Source: an uncultured Clostridia bacterium
Lineage (GTDB): Bacteria > Bacillota > Clostridia > TANB77 > CAG-508
NCBI GenBank assembly: GCA_934130435.1
Contig: CAKOYB010000001.1
Coordinates: 1,664-65,663 of the forward strand
Direction: 5' to 3'
Length of the DNA: 64,000 bases
Shown here: positions 28,110 to 38,834 of the stretch, one piece after another
Position numbering within the stretch: position 1 is the stretch's first letter
Layout of the letters: the number at the start of each line of letters is the position of its first letter
Position numbers and translations under genes: made by a program
The notes under the pieces: model-generated
Told to the model about the DNA's origin: nothing
Database searches by the model: none
The model's input: the letters and a program-made list of their open reading frames with translations, nothing else

Positions 28110-29907
28110 TTTCTATATTTACTAAAATATGATTTTCTCCAACAAACATTAAACATTCACCTCTTTTAAGAGTTTTTATTTCGATTTTTTCTTTTTCTGA
28201 AAGTGAAGAAAATTTACTTAATATTTTTATGTTATCCTCTTCTAATGAAAAAAAAGTTTTAATTTCCGAATTATTTAATATACTTTTTCCATAAACTCCA
28301 TTTTCCAGGCTAAAAATATCTGAAATATCTTGCGTAATAGCAACCGCACTTCCTCCATATTTTCTAATTGTTTTAAAAATCTTATAAATAAAACTTGCAA
28401 CTATTTTATTTGATGTTATTCCAATTAGTCTCCACACTTCGTCTAAATATATAGCTTTTTTTATCTTTCTATTATTTTTAATTTTATCCCAAAATAATTC
28501 TGTAAAGATATACATTCCATATTTTAAATTTTCTTCTCCTAAGTCATAAACATCTGCAACAATTAAACTATTATTTAATTCTACATTTGTATAATTATTA
28601 AAAAATTTTAAGGAACCTTTTATAAATGGTTTTAATTTTATTGCAAATATTTTTGTTTTATTATCATTATTTAAAACATTATATAAATCACTTAGAATTG
28701 GCATATCTTTTCTAGTTTTAAATATATATTTATTTTTTTCTTTTTTATATAAAGATTTATCTTCGAAATTTATATTTTTTAATTCATAACATTTAATAAT
28801 TTTTTCTTCTAAAATTCCTCTTTCCTCTTCATTTATTTCTCCAAAAATCAAATTAAAAAATCCAATTAATTTTAATATTTTTGTTTCTAAATATCCTTTT
28901 CCTTGTTCTTCTAAGCTTTCTTTTCTAATGTCTAAAATATTTATATATGTTTCAGAATTTGGTCCTATTTTTATTAATGTTCCATTTAAATTGGTACAAA
29001 GTTTTGTATATTCTCTTTCTGGATCTATAATAAATTGTTCTATTCCATTTAGTCTACTTCTTAATATTAATAATTTTGTAAAAAAAGATTTTCCAGCTCC
29101 ACTTGTTCCAAAAATACATATATTAGAGTTTTTATATTTTTTATCATTATATCTATCAATAAAAACAAGTGAATTATTATATATATTATTTCCTATATAT
29201 ATTCCTTCATCATCAAATATAGCAGATGATATAAATGGATATGTTGCACACATTCCAGATGTAAGCACATTTCTTTTTGCTGCATTTTTTATTTCTATGC
29301 TATTTTCTAGAAATGGCATTGTCGCTAAAAAAACTTGTTCTTGTCTAAAATATGCTTTTTTTGAATATAAACCTGAACTTTGCAAAATATTTTCTATTTT
29401 ATTTAAAATAAAATTTATTTCTTCCTTTTTTTGAGTAAATATATCTATATAAATATATAAATAAAATAATTCTTGATTATTTATTTGAATTTCTTTCCTC
29501 AAATATTTTGCATCACTATACGTAAATGCTGCAATTTCAATGTCTTGTCTATTTTCTGATGTTTCTTTTATTTGAGCACCAACATTTCCAATGTGATATG
29601 TTAAATCTTTTATTGCTTTTTGTGTATTTGCTTTCTCATAAAAAATTGAAATATTCATATTAATATTACTGTCTATCAATTTTTTTAATATAATATCTTC
29701 TTGTTCTCTGTTATAGTTATATATAATTAATCCAGAATAATACATTTCGTCTAATTCTAAATATTTTGGATTTTCTAAATTTAAATAGTTTGGGCAAATT
29801 TTATCTTTAAAACTAATTGCCCCTTCATATATATCAATTTTATTTTTAGGTTCTTTTTTTATTTTTAAAATTATTTTCTTTATTATTTTATTAATTATTT
29901 TCTTCAT
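28078..29907 (-). CDS. VirB4/ConE/TrsE-like T4SS ATPase, C-terminal 609-aa part
   Basis: Walker A CIFGTSGAGKSFF, IIDPEREY, Walker B AIYLDEVWRL, VAITQDISD. Upstream region has the NPKYLELDEMYYSGLIIYNY pattern of G+ VirB4 proteins. Confidence 0.65.
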   Translation of the reverse strand: MKKIINKIIKKIILKIKKEPKNKIDIYEGAISFKDKICPNYLNLENPKYLELDEMYYSGLIIYNYNREQEDIILKKLIDSNINMNISIFYEKANTQKAIKDLTYHIGNVGAQIKETSENRQDIEIAAFTYSDAKYLRKEIQINNQELFYLYIYIDIFTQKKEEINFILNKIENILQSSGLYSKKAYFRQEQVFLATMPFLENSIEIKNAAKRNVLTSGMCATYPFISSAIFDDEGIYIGNNIYNNSLVFIDRYNDKKYKNSNICIFGTSGAGKSFFTKLLILRSRLNGIEQFIIDPEREYTKLCTNLNGTLIKIGPNSETYINILDIRKESLEEQGKGYLETKILKLIGFFNLIFGEINEEERGILEEKIIKCYELKNINFEDKSLYKKEKNKYIFKTRKDMPILSDLYNVLNNDNKTKIFAIKLKPFIKGSLKFFNNYTNVELNNSLIVADVYDLGEENLKYGMYIFTELFWDKIKNNRKIKKAIYLDEVWRLIGITSNKIVASFIYKIFKTIRKYGGSAVAITQDISDIFSLENGVYGKSILNNSEIKTFFSLEEDNIKILSKFSSLSEKEKIEIKTLKRGECLMFVGENHILVNIESDEFERRTII

Positions 29908-29918
29908 ATTTATTCCTT

Positions 29919-30476
29919 TTAAAAAATTTTTCTATTAATAAATGAATTATATATTTTTTTAATTTCATCTATTTTTTGAATTTTTATAATAGAGTTTCCA
30001 CATCTGCTTAATGAATCTTTTATTTTTAAGAATTTTTCATTTAAGTCTTCTCTTATTTCATTAATTTTTTTTTCATCCTCTATCTCTGATTTTATTAATA
30101 AATAAAATTTTTTTAATGTGGATTTTTTTTCTATATTTTTTTGATTAATAAAATTAATATAATTATCTATCAGGTTTACTATATTTAAATTATTTAAACC
30201 CATTTCCTTTTCTTTTTGAAAATTTACATTTTTAATTATTTTGTTTAAATCTTCTTTATTGCTTTGAATTATAATTTGTGTTTCTCTACTACAATTTTTT
30301 AAAAAGATTTTATATGAGTTTAATATTGCTTGTTTTTCAAATTCTGTTTTTAAATTATAATTAATTGGATTTACTTTTATTATTATAAAAAATATATTAT
30401 TTTTTACTTTAATAATTCCATCACAAAAAAACTGCTCTATTGGCAACCATTCTTGAATACTATTATTTTTTTTCAT
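29919..30476 (-). CDS. VirB4/ConE-like N-terminal fragment (185 aa)
   Basis: SIQEWLPIEQFFCDGIIKVKNN...VNPINYNLKTEFEKQAILNSYKIFLKN matches the conserved N-terminus of G+ VirB4 homologues (Tn916 Orf16, ConE, TcpF). The stop lies 11 nt before the ATG of the C-part, in a different frame. RBS AGGAGA upstream. Confidence 0.55.
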   Translation of the reverse strand: MKKNNSIQEWLPIEQFFCDGIIKVKNNIFFIIIKVNPINYNLKTEFEKQAILNSYKIFLKNCSRETQIIIQSNKEDLNKIIKNVNFQKEKEMGLNNLNIVNLIDNYINFINQKNIEKKSTLKKFYLLIKSEIEDEKKINEIREDLNEKFLKIKDSLSRCGNSIIKIQKIDEIKKIYNSFINRKIF

Positions 30477-30565
30477 TTTTCTCCTTGGAAATTAATTGAT
30501 TAAACTTTTTTGATAAAATTAATTAAAATAAGAATTAAATTAAATATTGATCTAATAATAAATTT

Positions 30566-30593
30566 ATTATATATAAAATATCATTTTTGTCAA
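30566..30593 (-). promoter_or_regulatory. Putative sigma-A promoter for the island operon
   Basis: On the minus strand: TTGACA (complement of 30588-30593), 16 nt spacer, TATAAT (complement of 30566-30571). About 90 nt upstream of the 30476 ATG. Confidence 0.4.
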
Positions 30594-31042
30594 CAAAAAT
30601 AATATTTCAATTTTCGACAAAAAATTTTTTTTAATTTTTTATTTTTTTTGTATATATTTTTTTAGTTTGTGCATAATATTAGTATAAGGTTAATACTAGT
30701 TAAACAAAGAAAAGTATGAGATTAAGGTTTTGTATTTTTCGAACCAAGATTTATTATGGTGGTGTATTTTTATCATAATAAGTCGGAAGTACGAGTATAA
30801 TATGTGTTTGTATGCTGTTGTATATGGCTAAATTATATGTATTATATTCAAGTTAAGAGTATACTTATATTTTAGTCTATTATTTCTAGTCCCTCTGGGA
30901 TGACTATAGTTGGCTGAGGTGTATTTATATTCGAGTGACTGATTATTAAAGGTGGAAAATTGCTTAGTTGTGCAGCAATGTACATTAGGTGAGTATTTAT
31001 CTTTAATGGTTTTAACTACGATTAATATTAGCCTTATAGATA

Positions 31043-31069
31043 ATAGCCCGAGATCCTGTCTCGGGCTAT
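31043..31069 (-). terminator. GC-rich hairpin immediately downstream of gyrB
   Basis: AGCCCGAGA-TCCTG-TCTCGGGCT. An unusually GC-rich perfect 9-bp stem in an AT-rich genome; the trailing U tract is weak. Confidence 0.45.
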
Positions 31070-31072
31070 TAA

Positions 31073-33013
<1,941 letters not shown>

Positions 33014-33065
33014 CTACTATAATCTTGTTTAATTTATTATATCTTTATTTTAAAAAAAATCAAGT

Positions 33066-34133
33066 TTAATTTATTTTTCCTCTTTTTACTTCAAAACTTT
33101 TAATTTCTAAATTTTGTATTTTTATATTATTTGTGCATGTTATTATTATTTGTGTATTTTTTATGCTTTCTAAAAATGCTATTTTTCTTTTATCATCTAG
33201 TTCAGACATAAAATCATCTAATAATAAAACTGGATATTCTCCAATTTCATCAAAAATTACCTCTAATTCTGCTAATTTTAAAGATAGTATTGCTGTTCTT
33301 TGTTGACCTTGAGATCCATATACATCTACTTGCTTATTATTTATATAAAAAATAATATCATCTCTGTGAATTCCTTTTTTTGTATATCCCTTTTTTATAT
33401 CTTCAGCTCTGCTCTTTTTTAATTCTTTGAGAAATTTTTCTTTTTCAAAACAATCCGAAATATATTTGATTTCTATTTCTTCTTTACCTTCTGTTATATT
33501 TTCATGTATTTTTTTTATTTTATTTTTTAATTTTTCTATAAATTCATTTCTATAATTATTTATTTTTTCTCCATAAATAGATAAATTTTCATCATAAATG
33601 TCCATTAAATTTTCATCAAATTTTTCATAATTTATTTTTTTTAGATAATTATTTTTCTCTTCTAATGTTTTCATATATCTGTTATAGTTATAAATATAAT
33701 TTGGTTTTACCTGGCTAATTAACATATTTAAAAATTTTCTTCTTCTTGCAGGACCATTTTTTATTATATTTATATCTTCTGGAGAAAACATTACAATATT
33801 TACATTTCCTATTAATTCACTTAATTTTTTTAATGGTATATTGTTTAACATAAATTTTTTGTTTTTATTATCTAAAGTAAAATTTATTTTTCCGTCTCTA
33901 TCTTTTTTTTGATAATAAATTTCAACTTCCAAATTATCTTTTTGAAAATTTATTAATTCTTTATCCTTATTAGTTCTAAATGACTTTCCCATTGAACAAA
34001 TAAATATTGATTCAATTATATTTGTTTTTCCTTGTGCGTTATCTCCAAAAAAAACATTAATTCCATTTGATAACTCAATTTTTTCTTTTTCATAGTTTCT
34101 AAAATTTTTAATTGATATATCTTTTATATACAT
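33066..34133 (-). CDS. recF: DNA replication and repair protein RecF
   Basis: Walker A GDNAQGKTN, SMC-like signature, Walker B LLLDD. Confidence 0.9.
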   Translation of the reverse strand: MYIKDISIKNFRNYEKEKIELSNGINVFFGDNAQGKTNIIESIFICSMGKSFRTNKDKELINFQKDNLEVEIYYQKKDRDGKINFTLDNKNKKFMLNNIPLKKLSELIGNVNIVMFSPEDINIIKNGPARRRKFLNMLISQVKPNYIYNYNRYMKTLEEKNNYLKKINYEKFDENLMDIYDENLSIYGEKINNYRNEFIEKLKNKIKKIHENITEGKEEIEIKYISDCFEKEKFLKELKKSRAEDIKKGYTKKGIHRDDIIFYINNKQVDVYGSQGQQRTAILSLKLAELEVIFDEIGEYPVLLLDDFMSELDDKRKIAFLESIKNTQIIITCTNNIKIQNLEIKSFEVKRGKIN

Positions 34134-34143
34134 ATTTATCTCA

Positions 34144-35256
34144 CTATTTCATCCTTATTGGTAATATCATATATGTATAATTTTCATTTTCTATTGGTTT
34201 TATTATACATGGAGATATACTGCTTCCAAGTTCTATAAATATTTCTTCATCATCTATTACCTTTAATGCATCTAAGAAATATTTTGGATTAAAAGCAATT
34301 TCTAAGTTCTTTCCTTCAGTTTGAAGAAAAATTTCTTCTTTAGCATCTCCTGTTTGGTTTGTGCAAGATATTGTTATCTTTCCTACTTCAATTGATATTT
34401 TTACTGGGTATTTTTTTTCTTTTTCTGTAGAAGATGCAGAAATAAGACTTATTCTTTCAAAACATTCTTGTAAATCTCTTTTATTTACTCTTATTCTTGT
34501 TTCCCATTCTTTAGGAATTACATTTCTATAATTCAAAAATTCTCCATCTAATAGTCTTGTAACTACTTTACAATTTTCCATTTCAAATAATGCCTGATTT
34601 TTTGAAATTCCTATTTTTATTAAATCAAATGAATCTAATATTATTTTATTAACTTCATTTAATGTCTTTCCTGGAATAACGGCTTTAAAATCACTATTTT
34701 TTTCTTCCAAAAAATTACTTGCCCATGCTAGTCTAAATCCGTCAACTGCAACAACATTTAATTTATTATTTTCTATTTCAAATAAACAACCAGTAAATAC
34801 AGGTTTATTTTCTTCTGAACTTACTCCAAAAATTGTTTTTCTAATCATTGACTTTAATGTTTTCTGTTCTAATTCAACAGAATTCTCTATATTAATTCTT
34901 GGTAATTCAGGAAATTCTTCTGGATTCATAGTAGCTAATTTATATAAAGACCCTTCACATTCTATTACTAATAAGTTTTTATCATTTAACGTAATTGTTA
35001 TTTCTGTATCTGGTAGTTTTCTTATTATTTCACTAAACATAATTGCATTTACTACTGTATTTCCTTGTTCTTCAACTGTACTTTCTATAATGTATTCTAT
35101 TCCTATTTCTAAATCATAAGTTGTTAATTTTATTTCATTATCATTAGTTTGAATTAATATTCCTTCTAGTATAGGCATTGTAGTTTTAGAAGAAACACCT
35201 TTTACTACGGAATTAATTGCTTTAAGCAATTTATCTTTTTCGCATATTATTTTCAT
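34144..35256 (-). CDS. dnaN: DNA polymerase III beta sliding clamp
   Basis: 370 aa, three-domain clamp. Position between dnaA and recF. Confidence 0.9.
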   Translation of the reverse strand: MKIICEKDKLLKAINSVVKGVSSKTTMPILEGILIQTNDNEIKLTTYDLEIGIEYIIESTVEEQGNTVVNAIMFSEIIRKLPDTEITITLNDKNLLVIECEGSLYKLATMNPEEFPELPRINIENSVELEQKTLKSMIRKTIFGVSSEENKPVFTGCLFEIENNKLNVVAVDGFRLAWASNFLEEKNSDFKAVIPGKTLNEVNKIILDSFDLIKIGISKNQALFEMENCKVVTRLLDGEFLNYRNVIPKEWETRIRVNKRDLQECFERISLISASSTEKEKKYPVKISIEVGKITISCTNQTGDAKEEIFLQTEGKNLEIAFNPKYFLDALKVIDDEEIFIELGSSISPCIIKPIENENYTYMILPIRMK

Positions 35257-35577
35257 AAAATCACTCCTTTATATAAATATAATATTTTTAGTATTAATAG
35301 TATTAGGTACAGTGGATTATGTGGAAAAGTATGTATATTGTTTATATTTCATTAAAAACTAATGTTAATTAAATTGTGTAAAAACTAAATAAATATCCAC
35401 ATATAAAAATTTTTAATGTTAAAAACTAAGATATAAACAATATATTAACATACAATTCACATATTAATGTGAATATCCAATGTAGCTGTTCCGTAAGAAT
35501 AAAAACATTTAAAAAACAAAACATTTATTTTAACAAACAATTTTTTTAAAAAAGTTTATTAAACATTTTTATATCAA
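35257..35577. promoter_or_regulatory. dnaA-dnaN intergenic origin segment (AT-rich; candidate DNA-unwinding element with degenerate DnaA boxes)
   Basis: TGTGGAAAA (35320-35328) and ATATCCACA (35393-35401). Very AT-rich. Matches the bipartite oriC layout of Firmicutes. Confidence 0.45.
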
Positions 35578-36927
35578 TTATTCTTTATCTAATAAAATTT
35601 TTTTAACACTTTCCACAATTAATTTTGTATTGTTAGTATTATTTGATTTAGAATTAGATCTAATTTCAGATTCTATTTTTGAGCAAGCATGCATTACAGT
35701 TGTGTGATCTCTTTTTCCAAAGGAATCACCAATCTTGGTAAAAGGCATATTAGCCAAATCCCTACATAGAAACATTGCTATTTGTCTTGGATATGCAATA
35801 TCATTTGATCTTTTTGAGCTTTTTATATCTCTTTGCGAAATATTAAAATATTTTGAAACAACTTCTTGAATATATTCAGCAGAAATAACCTTTTCTTTTT
35901 TTGAAATAACTTCATTTATACATTGTTCAGCAAGTTCTATAGAAATTGGACTATGAGTTAAAGAAGCTTTTGCAAGAATTTTATTTAATGTTCCCTCTAA
36001 TTCTCTTATATTAGAATCTACCTTTATTGCAATATTTGAAAGAATATTATCATCAATAATTATATTTTCAATTTGTACTTTTTTTCTTAATATTGCTAAA
36101 CGAGTTTCATAGTCTGCATTTGAAATGTCTGCCATTAATCCCCATTCGAAACGAGATTTTAGTCTATCTTCTAAATTATCAATATCTTTTGGAGGTTTGT
36201 CACTAGACATTATAATTTGACATCCATTTTCATGAAGAGTATTAAAGGTATGGAAAAATTCTTCTTGTACTTGTTTTTTTCCAGCAATAAATTGAATGTC
36301 ATCAATTAATAAAACATCAATATTTCTATATTTGTTTCTAAATTGTTCATTTGTATTATCTTTTATACAATTAATAAATTCATTTGTAAATTTTTCGGAA
36401 GTTACATATAAAACTTTTTTGTCTGAAAAAGTTTTAAGTATTTCGTTTCCTATAGCCTGCATTAAGTGCGTTTTTCCTAAACCAACTCCACCATATAAAA
36501 AAAGTGGATTATATGATGTAGCAGGAGCTTCGGCAACAGCTAATGCAGCAGCTTGAGCAAATCTATTGTTATTTCCAACAACATATGTATCAAAAGTATA
36601 ATTTGGGTTTAGTCCACTAGAAGAATTATTATTTTTTTCAGAAAAAGTTGGTGTAACTGTATTTTTTTCATCATTTTCATCTGGACATACTGTTGCTATT
36701 TCATACTTTTTGTTTGTTAGATAATTAAAAGTATTAACTATTAAATCATGATATTTGTTTTCAATAACATCTTTTTGAAATGGAGATGAAAGTCTAAAAA
36801 TAATTGTTGTATCTGTTATTTCTTCTATTTCAATAGGATTAATCCAAGTTATAAAAGAGATATTGCTCATTTCATCTTTTAAAAGCATTTTTGCATTGTT
36901 TAGAAGTTCAATTTCGTCCCTTTTCAT
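35578..36927 (-). CDS. dnaA: Chromosomal replication initiator DnaA
   Basis: 449 aa; AAA+ Walker A GGVGLGKTHL and C-terminal DnaA-box-binding domain. Confidence 0.95.
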   Translation of the reverse strand: MKRDEIELLNNAKMLLKDEMSNISFITWINPIEIEEITDTTIIFRLSSPFQKDVIENKYHDLIVNTFNYLTNKKYEIATVCPDENDEKNTVTPTFSEKNNNSSSGLNPNYTFDTYVVGNNNRFAQAAALAVAEAPATSYNPLFLYGGVGLGKTHLMQAIGNEILKTFSDKKVLYVTSEKFTNEFINCIKDNTNEQFRNKYRNIDVLLIDDIQFIAGKKQVQEEFFHTFNTLHENGCQIIMSSDKPPKDIDNLEDRLKSRFEWGLMADISNADYETRLAILRKKVQIENIIIDDNILSNIAIKVDSNIRELEGTLNKILAKASLTHSPISIELAEQCINEVISKKEKVISAEYIQEVVSKYFNISQRDIKSSKRSNDIAYPRQIAMFLCRDLANMPFTKIGDSFGKRDHTTVMHACSKIESEIRSNSKSNNTNNTKLIVESVKKILLDKE

Positions 36928-36957
36928 TTTTTCTCCTTTTTATAAATTATACACAGG

Positions 36958-37076
36958 TTATCCACAATATGTGGATAACTAAAATAGTATTTATTTTTTT
37001 CTGCTGATATATAATATCAGAAAAGCAAAAAAAAAGTCAATAATAATGTGGAAAAAAAACAAAAAAATGTGGATAA
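36958..37076. promoter_or_regulatory. DnaA-box cluster upstream of dnaA (oriC / dnaA promoter region)
   Basis: Perfect TTATCCACA (36958-36966) and inverted TGTGGATAA (36970-36978). TGTGGAAAA (37047-37055). Perfect TGTGGATAA (37068-37076). Confidence 0.7.
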
Positions 37077-37214
37077 TTTCTTAAAAGTGTTTATTTCCGT
37101 AAACTTTAGAAGAAATATATTGACACACAAAATTTATTATTGTATAATAAGTAATGCTTTAAAAAAATAAATGTAAAAAATAAAATATTTTATAAATTAT
37201 GATGGAGGTGCAAA

Positions 37215-37349
37215 ATGAAAAGAACTTTTCAACCAAAAAAAAGACAAAGAAGTAAAGAACATGGTTTTTTAAAAAGAATGAAAACTAAAGCTGGAAGAAA
37301 CATATTAAAAGCAAGAAGATTAAAAGGAAGAAAAAAATTAACAGCATAA
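37215..37349 (+). CDS. rpmH: 50S ribosomal protein L34
   Basis: Manual translation gives [52 protein letters not shown]. Below the ORF-track size cutoff. Confidence 0.9.
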   Translation: MKRTFQPKKRQRSKEHGFLKRMKTKAGRNILKARRLKGRKKLTA

Positions 37350-37404
37350 TAAACAGGGCCGCATATAGTGGTCCTGTTTGTGATAAATAATAAAGAGTGA
37401 TGTA

Positions 37405-37765
37405 ATGAGAAATACAGATACATTAAAAAAAAATTATGAATTTAATAAAATTTTAAACAAAGGAAAGTATTGCACAGGCAATTATATAGAATGTTTTTTT
37501 CAAAAAAATAATCGAAAAGTAAATTTAATTCGGAATTGCTGTTAGTTCTAAAGCTGGAAATGCAGTTGAAAGAAATAAAGTAAAAAGATTAATAAGGGAA
37601 AGCTACAAGAATTTTGGGTCTGAAATTAAATTAGGTTATAGTATGGTTTTTTTATGGAAGAAGAAAAACAACATTAAATTTGCCAATTTTTATAACATAA
37701 AAGATGATTTAGAAAAAATTTTTAAAGAAATGGACATATACATTGATAAAGAAAATAATTATTAG
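37405..37765 (+). CDS. rnpA: RNase P protein component RnpA, interrupted by a +1 frameshift near 37531-37537
   Basis: Frame 1 gives [46 protein letters not shown]. Frame 2 from 37532 continues [25 protein letters not shown]..., the conserved RnpA core. Total span of 361 nt equals 3n+1. Confidence 0.7.
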
Positions 37766-37964
37766 AATAATTTTATTTTATAAAAAAAATATTTCGACAT
37801 TTCTAAAAGCACATGGAATAGAATGTAGGTATTATCCAACATGTTCGGAATACAGTATACAAGCGATAGAAAAGTATGGAGTAATAAAAGGCGTTTTTAT
37901 TTCGATGATTAGATTTCTTAAATGTAATCCATTTTCTAAAGGTGGATATGATCCTTTAAAATAG
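37743..37964 (+). CDS. yidD: Membrane protein insertion efficiency factor YidD
   Basis: [18 protein letters not shown]...[15 protein letters not shown] matches the YidD signature. Overlaps the rnpA 3' end. Confidence 0.7.
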   Translation: MIKKIIIRIILFYKKNISTFLKAHGIECRYYPTCSEYSIQAIEKYGVIKGVFISMIRFLKCNPFSKGGYDPLK

Positions 37965-37974
37965 GAGGATAGTT

Positions 37975-38832
37975 ATGTTTTCTACAATAGCAAATTTATT
38001 TGGTTATTTGTTAAACTTCTTATATAATATAATAAATAACTACGGCTTAGCCATTATTCTTTTCACAATACTTGTTAAAGTATTAATGTTGCCTTTAACT
38101 ATAAAACAACAAAAAAACATGATAAAATCATCTAAAATTCAAAAAGAGATGAATTCAATACAATTTAAGTATAAGAATAATCCAGAAATGATGAATAAAG
38201 AAATAATGGAGTTGTATAAAAGGGAAAAGATGAATCCAATGAGTGGATGTTTTAGTTCAGTAGTCCAAATTATTTTAATTTTATCTGTTTTTTATATGGT
38301 TAGAAGTCCACTTACATATATGAGAAAAATTGACTCAAGCAAACTTGAAGAATATAAAAAACAATATGTAACATCATCCACAAATTATCCAGAAATTGAA
38401 ATTATTAGAAATGTTCCTGAGACTGAAAAAGATGCAAAACTTAATATGCAATTTTTAGGACTAGATCTTAGTTCAATACCAAATGTAAATTATAAAGATT
38501 ATAAATCTTTTATAATACCTGCTTTATATGTTATTTCTTCAATAGTATCTATGAAAATAACAATGAAATCACAAAATAATTTGTTAAATAAAAATAAGGA
38601 AAATGGAGAAGAAAGCGAAAATACTGAAAAAGAAAATAAGACCGATGATGAAAATCAATTAGAAGCAATGCAATCTATGAATAAAAGCATGTCATATATG
38701 ATGCCAATTATGGCGGTTTCTATTTCTTTAATTGCACCACTTGGATTAGGATTATATTGGCTTGTTAGTAACCTATTAATGATAGGAGAGAGACTTTTAA
38801 TAGATAATGTTATTTTAAAAGAGGAGAAATAA
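37975..38832 (+). CDS. yidC: Membrane protein insertase YidC/SpoIIIJ
   Basis: 285 aa; YidC/Oxa1 short Gram-positive form in conserved position. Confidence 0.85.
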   Translation: MFSTIANLFGYLLNFLYNIINNYGLAIILFTILVKVLMLPLTIKQQKNMIKSSKIQKEMNSIQFKYKNNPEMMNKEIMELYKREKMNPMSGCFSSVVQIILILSVFYMVRSPLTYMRKIDSSKLEEYKKQYVTSSTNYPEIEIIRNVPETEKDAKLNMQFLGLDLSSIPNVNYKDYKSFIIPALYVISSIVSMKITMKSQNNLLNKNKENGEESENTEKENKTDDENQLEAMQSMNKSMSYMMPIMAVSISLIAPLGLGLYWLVSNLLMIGERLLIDNVILKEEK

Positions 38833-38834
38833 TT

